This document shows, one piece after another, positions 60,565 to 64,000 of a stretch of 64,000 nt of DNA. The position numbers were made by a program, and so were the translations under genes. This DNA is from an uncultured Peptococcaceae bacterium. Lineage in GTDB: Bacteria; Bacillota; DSM-12270; Thermacetogeniales; Thermacetogeniaceae. The notes beneath the pieces were generated by a model that had not been told where the DNA came from, did no database searches, and saw nothing but the letters and a program-made list of their open reading frames with translations. The DNA is taken from the NCBI GenBank assembly GCA_963807495.1, contig CAWEDD010000005.1:28953-92952 (forward strand). Direction: 5' to 3'. The first letter of the stretch is position 1, and every line of letters starts with the position of its first letter.

Positions 60565-60664
60565 GCAGGAGATGCAGGTGCAACATAAATGTGCAGGAGA
60601 TGCAGGTGCAACATAAATGTGCAGGAGATGCAGGTGCAACATAAATGTGCAGGAGATGCAGGTG
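60565..60664. repeat. Perfect 28-bp tandem repeat (3.6 copies), iteron/centromere-like
   Basis: GCAGGAGATGCAGGTGCAACATAAATGT occurs at 60565, 60593 and 60621, with a partial copy at 60649-60664. It lies directly upstream of the ParA-like gene. Confidence 0.9.
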
Positions 60665-60787
60665 TCGATTATTCCGAAACTGAAGAAAACAGCCAAAAGA
60701 AAAGAAAATCCCTTTTGGCCTCGGTGTAGAACACGGACCAAATATTATTCTTTGTTTTATTCCTTGAGCGGAAATATCCGCGTCATA

Positions 60788-61093
60788 TTAAGCTTTAGAC
60801 CTATTTTGCCAGCGTGTCTTTGCGGCCTTAGTTGCTATTTCTTTCCTTTTCTCAGGTGATAGTTTTTCTGGCCTGGCTTTGCCGCCTTTACGCCCCCCTA
60901 AACGTCCTAATGCAACGGCAGCTTTGTTCTTTTTTATACTGGGTTTTTCTCTGGGCAGACTTTCATCTGTTGCCGCATCAACGATACTGGCAGCTATTTG
61001 ATTTATGTCCTGTTTGGTTTCCTTGCTTGATCGCTTAGGCATGTTTATATTATTACACAGACTTTGAATTTTATCAAGTAGGTTATTTCTCAT
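60788..61093 (-). CDS. Small basic protein with a KAAVALGRLGGRKGGKARPEKLSPEKRKEIA tail (putative DNA-binding)
   Basis: The ORF lies within 60788..61204. The start is uncertain (ATG 61093 or 61042), and neither candidate has a good RBS. The lysine/arginine-rich C-terminus is a recurrent motif in small phage/plasmid proteins. Confidence 0.45.
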   Translation of the reverse strand: MRNNLLDKIQSLCNNINMPKRSSKETKQDINQIAASIVDAATDESLPREKPSIKKNKAAVALGRLGGRKGGKARPEKLSPEKRKEIATKAAKTRWQNRSKA

Positions 61094-61153
61094 AGAGGAA
61101 ACTGTTACCAAATGTCGAATAAGTGTCAGAAAAATAAAGAAGGGGAGAGAGAT

Positions 61154-62098
61154 ATGTGCGCTGACGAAAAACACCCTAATGCTACACATACTGGTGAACT
61201 GCAAATAGGCGAACTGCTTATTCCTTGTGCTGTCTTAGAAACCGGTGAACGGGTTGTTTCTGAAAGAGGAGTTATTAAGGCTTTAGGTGGTAAGCGTGGT
61301 GGTGCACATTGGCAAAGAATAAAAGCATCTGAGGATGGCGCCTATTTACCTGTTTACGCATCGGCAAAAAACCTAGAACCCTTTATTGATGCGGATCTAG
61401 CAATGGCGCTCACCCAACCCATTTTATATCAAGGTAAAAGTGGAGGACGGGCTGCTTATGGTGTAAATGCAATACTTTTACCCCGAATATGTAACGTATG
61501 GTTAAAAGCGCGAGATGCAGGGGTTTTGAAGCCTAGTCAAGAGCATATGGCTATAATGGCCGATATTTTAATTAGAGGATTAGCAGAAGTAGGTATTATT
61601 GCCCTTGTTGATGAAGCAACAGGTTATCAAGCAGAAAGAGATAGAGATGAGTTACAAAAATTACTTGCAAAATATTTATCAGAAGAACGTCTTAAATGGG
61701 CTAAAATGTTTCCAGATGAATATTATCGACAATTATTTCGACTTCGAGGTTGGACATATAAACCGCTTGATACTAAGCGTCCCAAATATGTTGGTCTTCT
61801 AACAAATCGATTGGTTTATGATAAGTTACTGCCTGATGCACATGCTGAACTAAGAAGATTAAACCCTGTAAGGAATAAAGAAACATATAGACGGGGCGCT
61901 GCCCATTTTCAATATCTTTCTGCTGATATTGGTCAGCCCGATCTAAGAGATCATCTGTTACAGCTAATCGCCATAATGAGAATATCAGATAACTGGGAAG
62001 AATTTATCTGTAATTTTAATAAAGCCTTTCCTGCTCTAGGAGAACCTATCCAAGTAGAATTAGAAGATATAAAAGATGATGAAAATGATAAGCAGTAA
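61154..62098 (+). CDS. P63C domain-containing protein (phage-associated, function unknown)
   Basis: The start ATG 61154 follows the RBS AAGGGGAGAG. IPCAVLETGERVVSERGVIKALGGKRGG...LPRICNVWLKARDAGVLKPSQ....IIALVDEATGYQ..R..DELQ resembles the P63C family as I remember it. This was not verified by a search. Confidence 0.6.
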   Translation: MCADEKHPNATHTGELQIGELLIPCAVLETGERVVSERGVIKALGGKRGGAHWQRIKASEDGAYLPVYASAKNLEPFIDADLAMALTQPILYQGKSGGRAAYGVNAILLPRICNVWLKARDAGVLKPSQEHMAIMADILIRGLAEVGIIALVDEATGYQAERDRDELQKLLAKYLSEERLKWAKMFPDEYYRQLFRLRGWTYKPLDTKRPKYVGLLTNRLVYDKLLPDAHAELRRLNPVRNKETYRRGAAHFQYLSADIGQPDLRDHLLQLIAIMRISDNWEEFICNFNKAFPALGEPIQVELEDIKDDENDKQ

Positions 62099-62261
62099 TA
62101 AATAAAGTATAGGCTTATATATTTGAGATTCTTATTATTCTGAGGGAGTTAGGACTCCCTCATTCAAATTGACCCACTACCGACTTTTACATGTTTCAGT
62201 ACCCGCAAACTCCTGGTATGGCCGCGGTAGTATAGTCCTTGTTCAAGTGTTCAAAAAACGA

Positions 62262-62289
62262 TTGACAGGGCAGCGGCCGATGATATAAT
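62262..62289 (+). promoter_or_regulatory. Sigma-A promoter of the pyr leader
   Basis: TTGACA (62262-62267), a 16-nt spacer, then TATAAT (62284-62289). Confidence 0.6.
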
Positions 62290-62298
62290 AAGCTTCAG

Positions 62299-62409
62299 GA
62301 ATCCTTTAATGCCAGCCCCGAGAGGCTGCAAAGGGAGAGGGTGTCGGTATGGGCTTCATCAGGAAAAGCGACCTGGTTACAAGGAACAATCCTTGTAGGC
62401 GGGTTTTTT
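62299..62409 (+). promoter_or_regulatory. PyrR-binding attenuator (binding loop plus terminator)
   Basis: AATCCTTTAATGCCAGCCCCGAGAGGCTGCAAAGGGA (62299-62338) matches the conserved PyrR RNA motif (UCCUUUAA..CCAG..GAGAGGCU..AAGG). The downstream hairpin CCTGGTTACAAGGA/TCCTTGTAGGCGGG (62372-62403) is followed by TTTTTT. Confidence 0.75.
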
Positions 62410-62609
62410 AATTTTAGAGGCGGGTTATTCGGCAGGCTTCTTGGTTGGAGAGCAGTTTTTTATGTGAGCTTGTACTACTCAGCCTGTTCATGAAGACAGA
62501 ATAGCGAGGAAAAGCACCGGTTTTTTACAGGAGCAAGCAAGCTTGTAGACGCAGGCAAGTTTTTTGCCGGGATGGACAGTTTCTTATCGGGTGATCAGGT
62601 TTTTTATGA

Positions 62610-63170
<561 letters not shown>

Positions 63171-63309
63171 GATGTCGGCCCGGTGGGAGCACCCTGCCGG
63201 CAGATTCAGCCCGGGTGGCATTTCTGGATGGCTCTGGAGCATGCTTGCAGGAACGTCTAGGCGGTGCTTTTCCGGTAACACGAGCGGCTAACGAAGGGAG
63301 GAGAGATGT

Positions 63310-64000
63310 TTGACGGCTTTCAAGCACAAGGATCTCCTGGGCATTAAGGACCTGAGCGCCGATGAGATCAACCTGATCCTGGATACGGCCGAACCGATGA
63401 AAGAAGTCCTGGGCAGGGAGATTAAAAAAGTTCCCACCCTGCGCGGGCGGGTCATTGTGACCATGTTCTACGAGGCCAGCACCCGCACGCGCACCTCGTT
63501 CGAGCTGGCAGCCAAGTACCTGGGGGCGGACACCGCCAGCTTGACGGTGGCTACGAGCAGCGTACAGAAGGGGGAGAGCCTGGGGGACACCGCCAAGACC
63601 ATCGAGGTGATGGGCGCCGACGCCATTATCATCAGGCACGGATCTACCGGGGCACCCCACCTGCTGGCCCGGCTCCTCGATGCCAGGGTGATCAATGCCG
63701 GTGACGGCACACACGAGCATCCGACCCAGGCCCTGCTTGACCTGTTCACCATCAGGGAGAAAAGGGGCGCCATCGCCGGTCTCAGAGTGGTGATCCTCGG
63801 CGATATCGCCCATAGCCGGGTGGCCCGCTCCAATATCCTGGGCCTGATCAAGCTCGGGGCCGAGGTGCGGGTGGTGGGACCGCCGACGTTAATCCCTCCG
63901 GAGATCGAGCGGCTGGGGGTGACGGTATACCACGATTGGCGGCAGGGGCTCAAGGACGCCGATGTGATCAACGTGCTGCGCATTCAGTTGGAGCGCCAAC
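63310..64000 (+). CDS. pyrB: Aspartate carbamoyltransferase catalytic subunit, 5' part (runs off the window)
   Basis: My translation from TTG 63310 (RBS GGGAGGAG 6 nt upstream) gives [27 protein letters not shown]...[22 protein letters not shown]...[16 protein letters not shown]...[21 protein letters not shown]...[13 protein letters not shown]. This ORF is not in the supplied track because it is open-ended. The minus-strand ORFs 63151..63813 and 63468..63983 are antisense artefacts. Confidence 0.88.
   Translation, partial: MTAFKHKDLLGIKDLSADEINLILDTAEPMKEVLGREIKKVPTLRGRVIVTMFYEASTRTRTSFELAAKYLGADTASLTVATSSVQKGESLGDTAKTIEVMGADAIIIRHGSTGAPHLLARLLDARVINAGDGTHEHPTQALLDLFTIREKRGAIAGLRVVILGDIAHSRVARSNILGLIKLGAEVRVVGPPTLIPPEIERLGVTVYHDWRQGLKDADVINVLRIQLERQ

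Larger units (their letters stand above)
58505..62181. mobile_element. IS1-family transposon-like unit (3677 bp) with terminal inverted repeats, an 8-bp target-site duplication and passenger genes
   Basis: IR-L is GGTGGTGGGTCATTTTGAAT (58505-58524). The reverse complement of IR-R (62162-62181) is GGTAGTGGGTCAATTTGAAT, 18 of 20 identical. An identical direct repeat GACTTTTA lies at 58497-58504 and 62182-62189. The interior is visibly AT-rich compared with the flanks. Confidence 0.7.

Noticed and set aside
60565-60664. Could the 28-bp repeat array be a CRISPR array?
   Set aside because: The units are directly abutting, with no spacers between them. There are only 3.6 copies and no cas genes nearby. 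The array overlaps a promoter, so it fits iterons or a centromere better.
58430-62260. Longer homology beyond the 20-bp IRs (shared TCC[G/T]GGTAT and CGGTAG strings outside the element)
   Set aside because: The strings are not collinear. Their spacings differ by 7 and 11 nt, and they lie outside the 8-bp target duplication, so they are probably coincidental.

Overview
This is a chromosomal window from a GC-rich, endospore-forming Firmicute (Clostridia, Peptococcaceae/Desulfotomaculum-like by gene content; no database search was possible).

The backbone is housekeeping and its gene order resembles Bacillus subtilis:
- dtd fragment, MBL hydrolase, hisS, aspS and a putative 6S RNA.
- A ClpP-fold protease, paaK plus an ACT-domain gene, and a few small genes.
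- A complete dcw/sporulation cluster: MraZ operator, mraZ, rsmH, ftsL, class B PBP, murE, murF, mraY, murD, ftsW/spoVE, murG, murC, murB, murA, ftsQ, ftsA, ftsZ, spoIIGA, sigE, sigG, spoIIR.
- ymxH, nrdR, nrdD, nrdG, pgeF, yggS, sepF, proC, yggT, a DUF167 gene and a BMP lipoprotein.
- An Ile T-box, ileS, a ylyA-like DksA/TraR gene, a GT4 glycosyltransferase, lspA, rluD, a flavodiiron protein on the minus strand, the PyrR attenuator, pyrR and the 5' part of pyrB.

Several visibly AT-rich accessory insertions sit in this backbone:
1. A 3.7-kb unit (58505-62181) bounded by IS1-type inverted repeats and an exact 8-bp target-site duplication. It carries one IS1-family transposase plus passenger genes: a decayed ParA-like ATPase, a 28-bp iteron-like array, a small basic protein and a P63C-domain protein.
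2. Two inteins inside nrdD: one with a LAGLIDADG endonuclease and one mini-intein.
3. An AT-rich orphan ORF between nrdD and nrdG. The segment holding the nrdD tail, this ORF and nrdG is bracketed by a 30-bp duplication of the nrdD glycyl-radical codons.
4. A small-protein plus minimal-nucleotidyltransferase pair.
5. A divergent pair lacking signal peptides (clostripain-like C11 peptidase and a DUF3494 beta-solenoid/DUF11 protein) inside the sporulation neighbourhood.

A major caveat is that many essential genes (aspS, ftsZ, ftsA, ftsW, murB, murE and others) need frame changes to be read. This looks like indel sequencing or assembly error rather than biology.
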